The notes under the pieces: generated by a model
What the model saw: only the letters and a program-made list of their open reading frames with translations
Databases searched by the model: none
Told to the model about the DNA's origin: nothing
Made by a program: the position numbers and the translations under genes
Source of the DNA: Octopus sinensis
Taxonomy: Eukaryota
Direction of reading: 5' to 3'
DNA: 64,000 nucleotides
Assembly (NCBI RefSeq): GCF_006345805.1
Contig: NC_043004.1
Location: 102,114,001 to 102,178,000 of the forward strand
Shown here: positions 1 through 12,390 of the stretch, one piece after another
Position numbering within the stretch: position 1 is the first letter of the stretch
Layout of the letters: the number at the start of each line of letters is the position of its first letter

Positions 1-602
1 TATTCTAGTATGATAGTTGGCTAGTTAATGGTTTAACATTCCTACTTCCAAAAAATGAAGAGACAAATGAACCAAGTTTTCAGAGTTTCCTACAAACATA
101 AATTCTAAAAGAGGTGGAGTTTGCAGAGTATTAGAATTATAAGCATCGTGAATTCTCCATACCGATAACACAGATGATGGAGATTATAGATGACTGACAT
201 ATCAAATTGCCTTCCTTGATTTAGTATAAACTTGCCGAATTCACACTCCTGAGATTTCAAGATGTCATAGAGTTGAAAAGTACGCTGATAATTTGAATAC
301 AGAGAAAAGGGAATTATTACTATACTCCTACTCTAATCAAATAAAGGATGTTAGGTAAAAACAAAGAGATCTGAGTGTAACTAATTGAAGAGAGAATGGC
401 GGGGGGGGGGGGGGCTTGAGTTCTACTAGGTGTACGACAAATATAAGTAAGAATTATAATTGCCTATCACCATAATCCAATCAACAAATATTAAGTTTAT
501 TACAGTTAAATTGAATTAAACTAAATTAAACTGAACTGAATTGTTTGGTGCAATAATTAAGGATTGTATTAAAGATTAGTTAAGAACAGAGTATTTGATA
601 TA

Positions 603-1029
603 CTCTTTTCTCTTTTACTCTTTTACTTGTTTCAGTCATTTGACTGCGGCCATGCTGGAGCACCGCCTTTAGTCGAGCAAATCGACCCCGAGACATATTC
701 TTTTGTAAGCCCAGTACTTATTCTATCGGTTTCTTTTGCCGAACCGCTAAGTGACGGGGACGTAAACACACCAGCATCGGTTGTCAAGCAATGCTAGAGG
801 GACAAACACACACACACAAACACACATATATACGCACATATATATATATATATATATACATATATACGACAGGCTTCTTTCAGTTTCCGTCTACCAAATC
901 CACTCACAAGGCTTTGGTCGGCCCGGGGCTATATCAGAAGACACTTGCCCAAGATGCCACGCAGTGGGACTGAACCCGGAACCATGTGGTTGGTTAGCAA
1001 GCTACTTACCACACAGCCACACCTGCGCC
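603..1029 (-). mobile_element. tRNA-derived SINE, family A (~400 bp, internal (TA)n/(TG)n tract)
   Basis: Reverse complement has the head GGCGCAGGTGTGGCTGTGTGGTAAGTAGCTTGC..GGTTCCGGGTTCAGTCCC and the tail AAGTAAAAGAGTAAAAGAG; more than 15 near-identical copies in the window. Confidence 0.9.
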
Positions 1030-1231
1030 TTTATATACGTTATATAAAAAATAATTCAAATAAGAGGGTAGGGGAGTTCATTTGAAAAGAACACAGGCGT
1101 TTATCTATGTTAAACATAAGCAAGTTATTTATGTATGATTTTTATGTGCAAATTTTAAGAATGTTTTATAAACAAGAAACAAGATACTTTAAAAGACATA
1201 TAAAAGTATTGGAATTGCTCAAATTGGTGTA

Positions 1232-1281
1232 GACATCTCTGATGAGAAACCCAATAACATTTGAAATTCGATTAAGGCTGT
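1232..1281 (+). ncRNA. degenerate minimal type I hammerhead motif (copy 1 of tandem pair)
   Basis: CTGATGA (1239-1245) ... GAAA TTCGAT TA; helices I and II eroded. Confidence 0.45.
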
Positions 1282-1529
1282 TCATAATTTTTTTCTATCT
1301 ACGGAGAAATTGTTAAATTTGACCTGTTTATATATCTATGCAAAGGTTACATAAATTGTATCATCCCTTGAAACTGCATGGACTGAGATCCCTGTTGACT
1401 AAGACCCTGATATTAAAGTGCAGCATATGATATGCAAATTAGTAGTTCCAGTGCTCTATAGCTATTGGATTTGTAGAGTAGATAAACAGACTGGTTGCTT
1501 GTTTCTCTGTGATTGGTCAAACTGATATA

Positions 1530-1579
1530 GGCACCGCTGATGAGAATCCAATAAGGTGGGAAAATTGATTATGGCTGTT
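1530..1579 (+). ncRNA. degenerate minimal type I hammerhead motif (copy 2 of tandem pair)
   Basis: CTGATGA (1537-1543) ... GAAA ATTGAT TA; flanks homologous to the copy 298 bp upstream. Confidence 0.45.
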
Positions 1580-1689
1580 CGTCATTTGCTCAATCTACGG
1601 AGAAATAATTAAATCTATTTGTGGACATTTCCATCCATGCAATAAAGACAGTCACTGTACCTGTAATGTTAGGTAACACACTGACTTGT

Positions 1690-1723
<34 letters not shown>

Positions 1724-1725
<2 letters not shown>

Positions 1726-1816
1726 TCAATAACGAATTGAAAGTAGCGTTAGTGATATAAACATTATCGATCGGTAATATTTACATCACTAACACTGCTT
1801 TTAATTCGTTATTGAA
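1724..1816. repeat. 93-bp imperfect palindrome (MITE-like hairpin)
   Basis: ATTCAATAACGAATTGAAAGTAGCGTTAGTGAT... pairs with ...ATCACTAACACTGCTTTTAATTCGTTATTGAAT. Confidence 0.75.
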
Positions 1817-2719
1817 TTTAAGCTTATATGTGCTCGCCGTCACACTTCATTGAATAGTTTTTGCACTATTTATATATAGTATAGACTGGCGATTCGATTC
1901 GTCTCCAGTTCGATTCAGGTACGTCACAAAAACGGCAAAATATCGGTATCCATCACTCCTGAATTCGATTCTAGGCGAGATACCTTGCCTGTCTATGACG
2001 TTCAGATGTTTTAAGGGAGTCGTTCAGGTGTTTATAAGGGAGTCGTCCCCAAACGCTATCCGGCAGCGAATCCTCCGAACAAAAAAAAAACGTAGACTGA
2101 GTAATTGTCAGTAAAAGAAAAAGGTGATCGTAAAAATTTTGAGAAGCACTTGTGTAAACGAAGGAATTAACTGCCTTTTTCACTCTATAGATGCACAGGT
2201 TCATGAGATGATTTGTGTGTGCATGCGCGTAAGTGTTTGTGAATGAGTGCGCATGTATTTGTGCATATGGGTGTCTTTGATAAGAATGTCTAGGCTCTGT
2301 CTAAGCCGTAAAAGTGTGTGCGTGTGCGTGTGTGTCTGTGTCTGTCTGTGTTAGTGTATGTGTGCGTGTGTCTGTGTATGTGTGTGTGTGTATGTGAGAG
2401 ATAGTGTGTGCGTGAGTGTGTATGTGCGACGTGCACGCGTGTGCTCGTGTGCGTGTATAATATGCATGTGTATGATTCCTCTGCGCATGTTGCTTCTTTT
2501 TCTAAATATTAGTCGATCAACCTATAATGGCTATCCTTTTTTATTTTTTGATGATATAAGAAACAAATTTTCATGTTTTAGGGGTTCTATGATTCAGAAA
2601 TTCTTGAAATATTTTGCACAAAAAGGCTTGTGTGCAAGAGAGCTTAAGCAGAAGCAAGTTTTTTTTTACCACTGCTTTGTTTTCTTTTCTTTTTAAATCC
2701 TGTTATACACATCAAAATA

Positions 2720-3119
2720 GGCGCAGGAGTGGCTGTGTGGTAAGTAGCTTGCTAACCAACCACATGGTTCCGGGTTCAGTCCCACTGCGTGGCATCTTGG
2801 GCAAGTGTCTTTAACTATAGCCCCGGGCCGACCAATGCCTTGTGAGTGGATTTGGTAGACGGAAACTGAAAGAAGCCTGTCGTATATATGTATGTATATA
2901 TATGTGTTTGTGTGTCTGTGTTTGTCCCTCTAGCATTGCCTAACAACCGATGCTGGCGTGTTTACGTCCCCGTCACTTAGCGGTTCGGCAAAAGAGACCG
3001 ATAGAATAAGTACTGGGCTTACAAAGAATAAGTTCCGGGGTCGATTTGCTCGACTAAAGGCGGTGCTCCAGCATGGCCGCAGTCAAATGACTGAAACAAT
3101 TAAAAAGAGTAAAAAAGAG
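2720..3119 (+). mobile_element. SINE family A
   Basis: Full-length match to the other family A copies. Confidence 0.9.
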
Positions 3120-3159
3120 AAAAAGATATCTAGACGAACAGGCTTTAAATTCTAGTATC

Positions 3160-3385
3160 ATATACATGCGCGTGTGCATGTTTGAGTGTTTGTGTGTTTG
3201 TATTTGTATGTGTATATGTAATATGTGTATAGATACACATATACATACACACACATGTATATGTATATATACAGATGTATATGTATATATATGTATGTTT
3301 GTGTGCGTGTGTGTATGTTTGTGTGTGTGTGTGTGTGTGCATGTGTGTGTTTGTGTGTTTGTGTGTGTGCGTGTGTGTGTGTGTG

Positions 3386-3418
<33 letters not shown>

Positions 3419-3420
3419 AT
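3160..3420. repeat. (TG)n/(TA)n microsatellite
   Basis: Direct reading. Confidence 0.9.
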
Positions 3421-4148
3421 CTGCACATGGATACACGCCAACAAACTGAATTCTCAGTTTCACCACCAAACACTTCTGCATTCCACTCACCCACGTTACC
3501 ATTAGTTAATTTACCCCAAAACTTAAAATTCCACTAACATGTATTACCATTGTCTCCATCAAAAATATTTGCCCACCACTAACCCCCTACAGAGATCTAC
3601 ATAAATTAGAAACTTTATGCAGCATTTATGCTTCATTTTCACTCGTAAACTTTTTATGCCTGTTCAGTTCTAACCACACCCATTCTCACAGTTTAACTAA
3701 CTGAGAAATTAAATTCATCAACATTGATTACCATTTTCTCTAATCACAAAAACAGACAATTATTTCTACATACTTCATCGACATATCCACCCACCTCACA
3801 CACAGATCCCTGAACTAATTGATATAAAATTGATGCTTTTAAATAAAATGTGATATGAGTCAAAAACACTCAGGCAAAAGAAAACCAGTGCACGTTCTCA
3901 ACACATCTCTGGGCCACATAAATACGGAGCCAATTGCAAAAATCCAACTGTCCGAGGATTCTTATCCGCGAAGAATTTACGTGTCTCTGTCAAGTATTGA
4001 ACTATCAAGTATTGAACTGTCAAGTATCCACGATAAGATATACAGGGATTAGTCAAAATAATGGAAACACCTGAAAATTTCAAACAAATTTATTTTAATA
4101 TGGGGTTGGACCGCCTTTGGTAATATGGGGGTAGGACCGCTTTGCAAC

Positions 4149-4325
4149 GTTTGTTTTTGAAAGTAGTGGTTTTCTGATTGCAGCCCTCCCGTGAAATCCG
4201 GATTTGTACACCCCCTCCCCCGCCCCGCGAACAGGTTTCGTGGAAACTGGGTTCTCGAGGTAGTCATTAAGCTCTGCAGTAATTTTGGGGGCTGTACTCT
4301 TGTGATCCTTTCGTGCAAGAATCTG
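4149..4325 (-). mobile_element. Tc1 transposase remnant (DNA-binding region)
   Basis: Translation QILARKDHKSTAPKITAELNDYLENPVSTK..GFHGRAAIRKPLLSKTNVAKR resembles the Tc1 HTH region. Confidence 0.75.
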
Positions 4326-4509
4326 TATATATATATATACACGCGCACGCACACACATACATAGGTACACATACACACATATATATATGCATAACTATAT
4401 TTATCTATCCATTTCTCTCTCTCTCTAGTCTCTTATGTGGTGGTTTAATAAAGTATGTGATTGAGTATTATCTGGTAATTGATATTTGATTTAAATGTAT
4501 TTCTCCATT

Positions 4510-4556
4510 TTCTTATCTTGTATATATATATATATATTATATATATATATATATAT

Positions 4557-4605
<49 letters not shown>

Positions 4606-4619
4606 CTTATATTCATACA

Positions 4620-4656
<37 letters not shown>

Positions 4657-4735
4657 ACATACATACATACATGCATGCAAGCATGCATACATACATACAT
4701 ACATACATACATACATACATACATACATACATACA
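4510..4735. repeat. (TA)n/(CATA)n microsatellite
   Basis: Direct reading. Confidence 0.9.
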
Positions 4736-4779
4736 TAGTCCAATGGTGGCTTAGTTGGCCGAAACTTCGAAGTCACTAT
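4735..4779 (+). ncRNA. relic hammerhead motif with decayed core
   Basis: ATAGT-[CCAATGG T]-GGC..GCC-GAAA-CTTCGAAG-TC-ACTAT: helices I, II and palindromic III intact; CTGATGA mutated at 3 positions. Confidence 0.5.
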
Positions 4780-5389
4780 CGACAACATTCTTGTATAAGA
4801 ATAACAAAGTTGTACTCTACAAACGTGCAGAGTAACCCGTCAGATTAATGTAAAATTATTTTTATTATTAGTGAACATAAAAAGAAAACAAGTATTTATA
4901 CAAACAGACAGACAGACTGATAGATATTAGTTTGGAAAGAAAGTTCTGACTCATTTTAATATGAAGAGTAAAAGGCAAGTGCTTCTTAGACCTTATCTGA
5001 GATATTTAAGTTGGTATATTTAATGTCAGTGAAGTTTCCCTAATTATTGACAATGTTATCCTATCTATTTGGCAAAATGTTGATCTCTAGGCCATAAAAT
5101 CTTTTCTGTTTCGAAGCAGTAAAAACACTGAGTATCATCTTTAACGTCTTTACAATTAATAAATTGTTTTCCCTCTAGATAATGTTGCAAAGATGTTAGT
5201 CAGACGGAATAAAGTTAGACGTGTAAGAAGCAAAGCTTCCATATTTAGTGCCATAATCTTTTTCTGTATGGGTCGGGCAACATGGAGTCTTGCATTATCA
5301 TATAAGAACAACACCCCTTTAAGGCTGATTGGGCGCTTTTTCTACAAACTTTTGGAGACAAACATTTGGAGACAATATTTCTCCACATA

Positions 5390-5588
5390 CCGTTTGCACG
5401 CCGGACAAAACGCTTAGCGGAATTTCGTCCGTCTTTATGTTCTGAGTTCAAATTCCACCGAGGTCGACTTTGCCTTTCTTACTTTCGTGGTCGATAAAAT
5501 AAGTACCAGTTGAACAATAGACTCGATGTAATCAACTTAGTTCCTTCCCCAAAATTGCTTTCCTTTGTGTCAAATGTTGAAACCAATA
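5390..5588 (+). mobile_element. SINE family B (degenerate)
   Basis: GTTCTGAGTTCAAATTCCACCGAGGTCGACTTTGCC..GTCGATAAAATAAGTACCAG. Confidence 0.8.
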
Positions 5589-5589
5589 T

Positions 5590-6150
5590 TTCTCCGCATT
5601 AACTGTTAACTTTAACACTTCGTGGTGGACAACACCCTTCCTATTCCACTAAATAATTTTTTTCTGGTGTAATCCTGGTTTGGCAATAGACTCATTTGGT
5701 GCTAACGAATGTAGTCTTCGCTGGATATGCCTTTAGAAGACCCATTTTTCATCAAATGATTATTCTATCCAGGAAATGTTCGGCAACATGTCTACTTTTC
5801 AATGATGAGCAGAAGGAAACTCTTAGATCAAGCTGAGAATCAGTCAGATGATGAGGGATCCACTGACCAAGTTTAGATACCTTTCCTTGTTTATGAAGAT
5901 GTTTTATGATTGAAGCGGGATTTGAATTGAACTGCTTTGCGAATTCTCGTGCAGTTTCCTTTGGATTTTTCTCAACTACGATTTTTCAGAAGCTTAGAGA
6001 AAAAATTTCCCAAATGAAACTGACCAAACTCTGTAGGCATGTTCGAATATTTAAAGCTTCATTTCAACCAACACAACGAATCTTTTTTGCCGCTTCCATT
6101 GTTGAAGAACCCTTTTTGAACTCATGCAGCCTGCAGTATGTATTGCTTTA
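5590..6150 (-). mobile_element. mariner transposase remnant
   Basis: Translation ..IKHLHKQGKVSKLGQWIPHHLTDSQ..HFLDRII.DEKWVF..KPGLHQKK..WNRKGVVHHE contains the WVPHEL-like and DEKW motifs; frameshifted. Confidence 0.85.
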
Positions 6151-6322
6151 ACAGAATAAAATCGGTATCCTCAATGAATGTGTTAAAAATACGATTTTCT
6201 CTGTCTCTTTCTCTCTCTCTCCCTCTCCCTCTCCCTCTCCCTCCTCCTCCTCCCTTTCTCTCTTTCTTTCGCTATGTGTTTTTCTCTCTCTGTCTCTCTG
6301 TCTCTCTTTTCTCCCTATAGAT

Positions 6323-6523
6323 CAGTGGTTTTCAACCAGGGTTCCGCCAGTACAGTCCAGGGGTTCCGCAAGAAGTTACAAAACTGCTAAAATCAGCAGT
6401 AAATTTTAATTCTCCTGTGCAGATATGTATGCATAAAACTATTAAATTATTGCACGGGGGTTCCTCGAGCCAGTGGAATGTTTCCTTGGGGTTCCGCTCC
6501 AGCAAAAAGTTTGAAAAGCACTG
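6323..6523. mobile_element. hAT (Charlie/Buster-type) MITE
   Basis: TIRs CAGTGGTTTTCAA..TTGAAAAGCACTG; perfect 8-bp TSD CTATAGAT (6315-6322, 6524-6531). Confidence 0.9.
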
Positions 6524-6840
6524 CTATAGATAGATAGATAAATAGATAGGTGGATAGATAACTATATATCTGCCGAGGGCTTATATGCCACTTTATTAGA
6601 CTATTTTCTTTAGTCATTGCACGGTGATCGTCATAAGCTTTAAGCTTAAATTTAAAAAATAGCATTATTATTATTTACAGGGTTGTAAAAACGGCACCGT
6701 ATAAAAAACCATTCGCACTGCCTAAATAATGGAGCTGCAGAAATATTCCTGTATATCTCACGTCTATTTTCATTCCTCCACTTCACTCTCTATTTCATAT
6801 CTTCTCTAGAATAACTATTGCTTAACCACTCACTCACACC

Positions 6841-6879
6841 GTCTCCGACGAAGAGATATCCCGGAAACAGCTGTTAGAC
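6841..6879 (+). ncRNA. minimal hammerhead motif, CAGCTG family (mutated)
   Basis: GTCT-CCGACGA-A..GAAA-CAGCTG-TT-AGAC; downstream flank to ~6920 homologous to 32329-32420. Confidence 0.55.
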
Positions 6880-6948
6880 CTTCTCTTTATAAATGTTCTG
6901 ACATCTTTCACAGCCTTGGATTATAATCTCATTCTGTTAATTTTATAC

Positions 6949-6949
<1 letters not shown>

Positions 6950-7030
<81 letters not shown>

Positions 7031-7045
7031 ATATATGTATATATG

Positions 7046-7083
<38 letters not shown>

Positions 7084-7238
7084 TATGTGTATGTATTATG
7101 TATGTATGTGGGTATGTGCGTACGTATGTATGTATGTATGTATGTATGTATGTATGTATGTATGTATGTATGTATGTATGTATGCAGGTATGTATGTATG
7201 CATGCATGTATGCATGCATGTATGCATGCATGTATGCA
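6950..7238. repeat. compound (TA)(TG)(TATG)n microsatellite
   Basis: Direct reading. Confidence 0.9.
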
Positions 7239-7805
7239 TAACGATCTGAGTCCGAAATTCGGGAATGTGAAATACAGTGTAACGATTCATAAAGATATTC
7301 AACTCTAAAAAATATTCGATATTTCGCTTTATTTTTAGCATTGAGTACTTTTGTTCTTGCAAATATTTGTATGTGTATACGTATGCATGTGTGCGTGCGT
7401 GCGTGCGTGCGTGTGTGTATGTGTGTGTTTGTGCCTGTGGGTGAGGGATTAGTCTTATGTCAAGCTATATATAAAATTATTTAACATTAAGCTGAAGGAT
7501 TACTCGATACGTTTTTTAGTACATATTTATTAACTTTACAAGTAAAAGGTTGAATTTGACTTCAAAGTTTGACTTGCTCGCATTCTTGAAACTGATACAC
7601 ACAAACACACACACACACACATACACACACACACACACACATACATACATACATACATACATACATACATACATACATACATACATACATACATACATAC
7701 ATACATACATTTATATATATATATTTATACACTCGTACACGCACGCACACATAGATATACATCTATACACACGCAAACATGCATATATATATATATATAT
7801 ATTCA

Positions 7806-7880
7806 GAATCAGTCTTGCTGATGAGTACGGTCGCAATTCTGCGGTAAGTACGAAATCACAGGTGATACAAGACTAAATTC
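7806..7880 (+). ncRNA. complete type I hammerhead ribozyme
   Basis: AGTCTTG-CTGATGA-GTAC..GTAC-GAAA-TCA(CAGG)TGA-TA-CAAGACT: all three helices and the canonical core present; helix I extends via GAAT/ATTC. Confidence 0.85.
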
Positions 7881-8296
7881 ATTTTTTTAAATGTCTTGCT
7901 TTGAAAAATTGCATTGGGTATGATTAGTAAAATTTTTTGGTAGAAATGACTCTTAGCGTGAGGCATGTATGTATAATAATGCCCTCTATATATAAATTAA
8001 TATGTTCAATAAGAAAGAATTATTTTCGAAATTTTTCTCTTATGAGGTTTTTCACGCTATCTACCTGATAGTTTCTAGTTAAGATTCCTTATTAAGAAGT
8101 TATCCTTAATTGTTAAATTTATATATATATATATATAAAATATCTGTTTATCTTACTTAAAGCACACATGCTGTTGAAAGCCTTCTAAAATGCAGTATTC
8201 GTCTCGTGGAAGCATTTGTTACGGACGAATATGGTTTTAAAAAACAGAATTTTATGAGGAGTAGGCGGAAATCGCCCCGTAGTAATAGTGGCAATG

Positions 8297-8334
8297 CTAG
8301 ATCCAGATTTCTGCCTTTTGAGCTTCTTCAGTAG
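8297..8334 (-). ncRNA. degenerate minimal hammerhead motif
   Basis: Reverse complement CTA-CTGAAGA-AGCTCAAAAGGCA-GAAA-TCTGGA-TC-TAG. Confidence 0.45.
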
Positions 8335-8889
8335 TAGCTATCTATTGGTACTGCTTTCTAAGCATAAATCGGCTGCCGCCTAATATAGTTAAAAAGTGAA
8401 TCTGACCCTTCTGATGAGCCCTATTAGGACTCATTTGAAGAGCCAGATTCATAATGCTCTCGCTTATAAACAAGAGCGTGCAGTGTGCTAGAATGCTAAC
8501 AGTCATTGGTTTATACTTACAACTTATTTAACTTATTTACTTATGACGGCATATGCCCAATTAAGATTGTAAAATGGGCCCGAAATGGTTCTATGATACT
8601 ACGTAGTGTAAATATTAATATGACAAGACGAAGACGGAGTTTGTAGGGGTGCCTCTACAATCCAATCGATTCATAGCTAGTATACGCTAAATTTTCACGC
8701 TCCCTCATCCTAAGTAGATTTTATATTTACTTAGTGATTCTCTGAAGAGATCTAATAAGACAAAATAAACTCATTTTCTTAACGGAATAATGAAAATAAT
8801 ATTTGCCACTGTCTGTCACGCATAAATACTGTAAACTGGATTTTTGATACTCACTACATAGTGTATGTTAACGCTTCCTTGATTATTAG

Positions 8890-9494
8890 TTTCAAATTTT
8901 GGCATAACTTCGGGGAAGCGGGTCAGTCGAATACATCAACCCCAGTACTCAACTAGTACTTATTTTATCAAGCCTCGAAAGGTATGAAGACAAAGTCGAC
9001 CTGGGCGGATTTTGAAGTCAGAAGGTAAAGACGGACGAAATGCCGTCAAGCATTAACGATTCTGCCAGCTTACCGCTTTAACGCTTCCATAAATATTCTT
9101 TTCTACTCTAGGCACAAGGCCCAAAATTTTGTGGGGAGGGGAGCAGTCAATTAGACCGACCCCAGTACGCAACTAGTACTTAATTTATCGACCCCGAAAG
9201 GATGAAAAGCAAAGTCGACCTCGGCGGAATTTGAACTCAGAACGTAAAGACCGAAGAAATACCTATTTCTTTACTACCCATAAGGGGCTAAACACAGAGA
9301 GGACAAACAAGGACAGACAAACAGATTAAGTCGATTATATCGACCCCAATGCGTAAATGGTACTTATTTAATCGACCCCGAAAGTATGAAAGGCAAAGTC
9401 GACCTCGGCGGAATTTGAACTTAGAACGTAGCGACAGACAAGATACCGCTAAGCATTTCGCCCGGCGTGCTAACGTTTCTGCCAGCTCACCGCC
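8890..9494 (-). mobile_element. three adjacent SINE family B copies
   Basis: Repeated AAAGTCGACCTCGGCGGAATTTGAACT blocks at ~8995, ~9210 and ~9400. Confidence 0.85.
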
Positions 9495-10605
9495 TTTGCT
9501 TCTTTAAGTATTAGACACTTGATTTATACTCTTTTATTTATACTCTTACGTTTTGGACCTCCGTCTCATGGATTGTCTTCAGACCGGAGACCTGCACTGA
9601 ATACTTGGAACAGACTGGACTCCGTTAAAGGAATGTAAGAGTCGTCTAAGGTGATAAAATGGATGATTGATTAAACCTATTAAACCTAAATATAAGAACC
9701 TGTACACCAAGGAGATTTCACGTATTTTCCGTTTATCAGATTTTGTTTGCAATGTTTGGGTCGAACCGAGCAAATGATAGAAGATGCCGAAGATACCACT
9801 ACTAGAATTAGTCTCACGGTTGGAATAAGTTCATACATTTCTCATGTCGGCCATATCAGTATTACTCATGGGGAATTAAGTCTATGCAAATTGATTAAAA
9901 GGAAGGGGCCAAACAAATTAACATGTTTAATAAAATTAAGACAATTTCTAACTTTTTTAATTTATCAAACACTTTGGATATGGACGCTAAATCTAGTTCG
10001 TCTTTTCATTAATAGAGAAAGGGAAGGGGTGCCAAAATATTTCACTAATTTCGAAGGGATGAGAGATCCACCGGCCTGTAACTCTCCTCGGAATCCCTAA
10101 GTATAAACATTACTACATGACTATTGTCCAATTCGTTCTTCCAGCACCCAAATGAACGAATTCATAAACAAACAAACAAACAAACAAACAAACAGATCAA
10201 CAAACGAAAAGCTAGATAAATAAATAAATAAATAAATAATCATATGCTTCGTGTCTAGAAATATTCTAAATTAGTATGTAATGATAGCTTTGTAAGGGGA
10301 TCTTTTTTTTTTTTTTTTAGTAGGTAGGGATTTGTGCAAGTAGGTAGGGATTTGGCCCAACTAATGGTGAGAGGGCATGTGGAAGGTGGAGGTGGTAGTG
10401 GTGCCGGTGTTGGTTGGTGGTGGAGGTCTGTGAAGAGTAACGAGCTTCAACAAATTTGATTAATTCGGGCGGAAGACATGAGTTACTAACTGAAATGACA
10501 CCCGTACACGTGTGAGTGTGTGTGTGTGTGTGTGTTGTGTGTGTGTGTGTGTTGTGTATGTGTGTGCATTTGTACATACATATGTGCAAGTATATACGTA
10601 TATAC

Positions 10606-10665
<60 letters not shown>

Positions 10666-10690
10666 TGTGTGTGTGTGTATATATATATAT

Positions 10691-11668
10691 ACTAGCAGAG
10701 ATACCCGGCGTTGCCCGTGTTACATATAATTGAAGAATTAGACTTTTCTGTTATATTTTCTCTAATGAACTGGAATATCTATTTCGAATTTCATCAAAAT
10801 TGCAGATGAGGGATATCGTGCCACATATATCCCATACAACTGATTTTTATGCGCAGATTCCAAAATTCCAGTCTTATTGAACCTGTTAAAAAGATTTTGC
10901 TCCTGAAAAATGAAGGTCATGGAGCTCTAAAATGTGAGAGTTAAGGCCCCTGTTGGGGGTGGGCATCTTAACGTCAACTAGAGAAGTTGAATTGTTGATA
11001 ATCTTTTTATCTTGGGTCTTATATCTATTGTAGAATTTCTTTGAAATAGGAAATATATGTTCACTGGGTTTGTAAAAGAGAGTAAAGCTACAGGAAACCA
11101 AAAGACGAATGATCACATTCATCCCAGTGGCGCTCAGAGCGAGCTCTGGTCGCCATAGCGCTGACTGTGCTGTCGTAGCCGTGTGACATTCATCCTAGTG
11201 GCGTTCAGAGCGAGCTCTGATCGCCATAGCGCTGACTGTGCTGTCCTAGCCGTGTGTCATTCACCCCAATGGCGCTCAGAGCGAGCTCTGATCGCCATAG
11301 CGCTGGCTGTGCTGTCGTAGCCGTGTGACATTCACCCCAATGATAGCAGTGGGCAGCCATACCGTACATATTACATGTACATCTACATATACATATATAC
11401 ATATACGGCTATACATATACATCCACATACATACAATAGAGAGATGTTTTTATTTCACCTTTAACACGTAATACTGAAATAGTGGAGAAGATATGATATT
11501 GCTGTGGGCCCGCCCTAGGCAAGAAGTTAAGCATTTTTTGTCCATGACACTACATGGACCCTAAGTAAGGCATGTGTAAAATTTGAATGAAATTGGTTGT
11601 GTAGTTCTCAAGTTTTAAGGATTCACACAGACAGACACACACACATTCTCAGTTTTATATATGTAGAT
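10691..11668 (+). mobile_element. non-autonomous Helitron/Helentron-like element
   Basis: Starts ACTAG..CCCGGCGTTGCCCG and ends ACAGACAGACAC..TTTTATATATGTAGAT, the end pattern of Lep1/DINE-like elements; same ends at 17474, 31750 and 37433. Confidence 0.7.
11115..11342. repeat. 71-bp GC-rich tandem repeat x3.2
   Basis: Unit starts at 11115, 11186, 11257 and 11328; no unique spacers. Confidence 0.9.
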
Positions 11669-11872
11669 ATGTATATATATATGTACATATATATATATGC
11701 ATATATATATTTGTGTGTACGTATATATGTATGTGTATATATGTATATATACAGGAAATGTCACTGAATAGAGAAAATATAAGGAAAACCGGAAAATGGG
11801 GTGGATTTTGGATTGATACTTATTGTTGTTGTTAAGATGTTGTAATAGTTGCAGCTGTTCATTTAAGTATTG

Positions 11873-11922
<50 letters not shown>

Positions 11923-12332
11923 TGTTGTTGTTGTTGTTGTTGTTGTCCTGCTAAAAGAATATTATTTGCAACTAAAGTAACCATGTTTCCCATAATGAAA
12001 GATTCTGTTCCCCACCCACAATTAAATTAATTTTCCTTACACTAATTAAAAACCCCCGACTGTGTTTTATGTAGACCAGCCCCCTCCCCACTACTATGGT
12101 GAAATGTCGAAATCGGAGTGGAAGCTCTAAAGTTAGAATTATTTTGTTTACCGGGCTAGATATAGCTTCCCGTTCTCTCTCACCCTCTTTTTCTCTTTCT
12201 CCCTTCTCTCTTTCTCCCCTCTCTCTTTCTTTCTCTCTCTCTCTCTCCCTCTGGCTCTCACTCTCTCTATCTCTATCTATCTATTCATCTATCTATCTAT
12301 CTATCTATCTATCTAGCTGTCTACCTACCTAC

Positions 12333-12390
<58 letters not shown>

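Noticed and set aside
955-1029. SINE heads as functional tRNA genes
   Set aside because: They keep A/B boxes but lack a proper cloverleaf and continue into SINE bodies.
3750-3790. Minus-strand TCGATGA..GAAATAATTGTC
   Set aside because: The core is mutated and helix I is mostly wobble or mismatch; too weak.
11115-11342. CRISPR-like appearance of the 71-, 43- and 62-bp arrays
   Set aside because: The units are contiguous with no unique spacers, there are no cas genes, and the context is eukaryotic.
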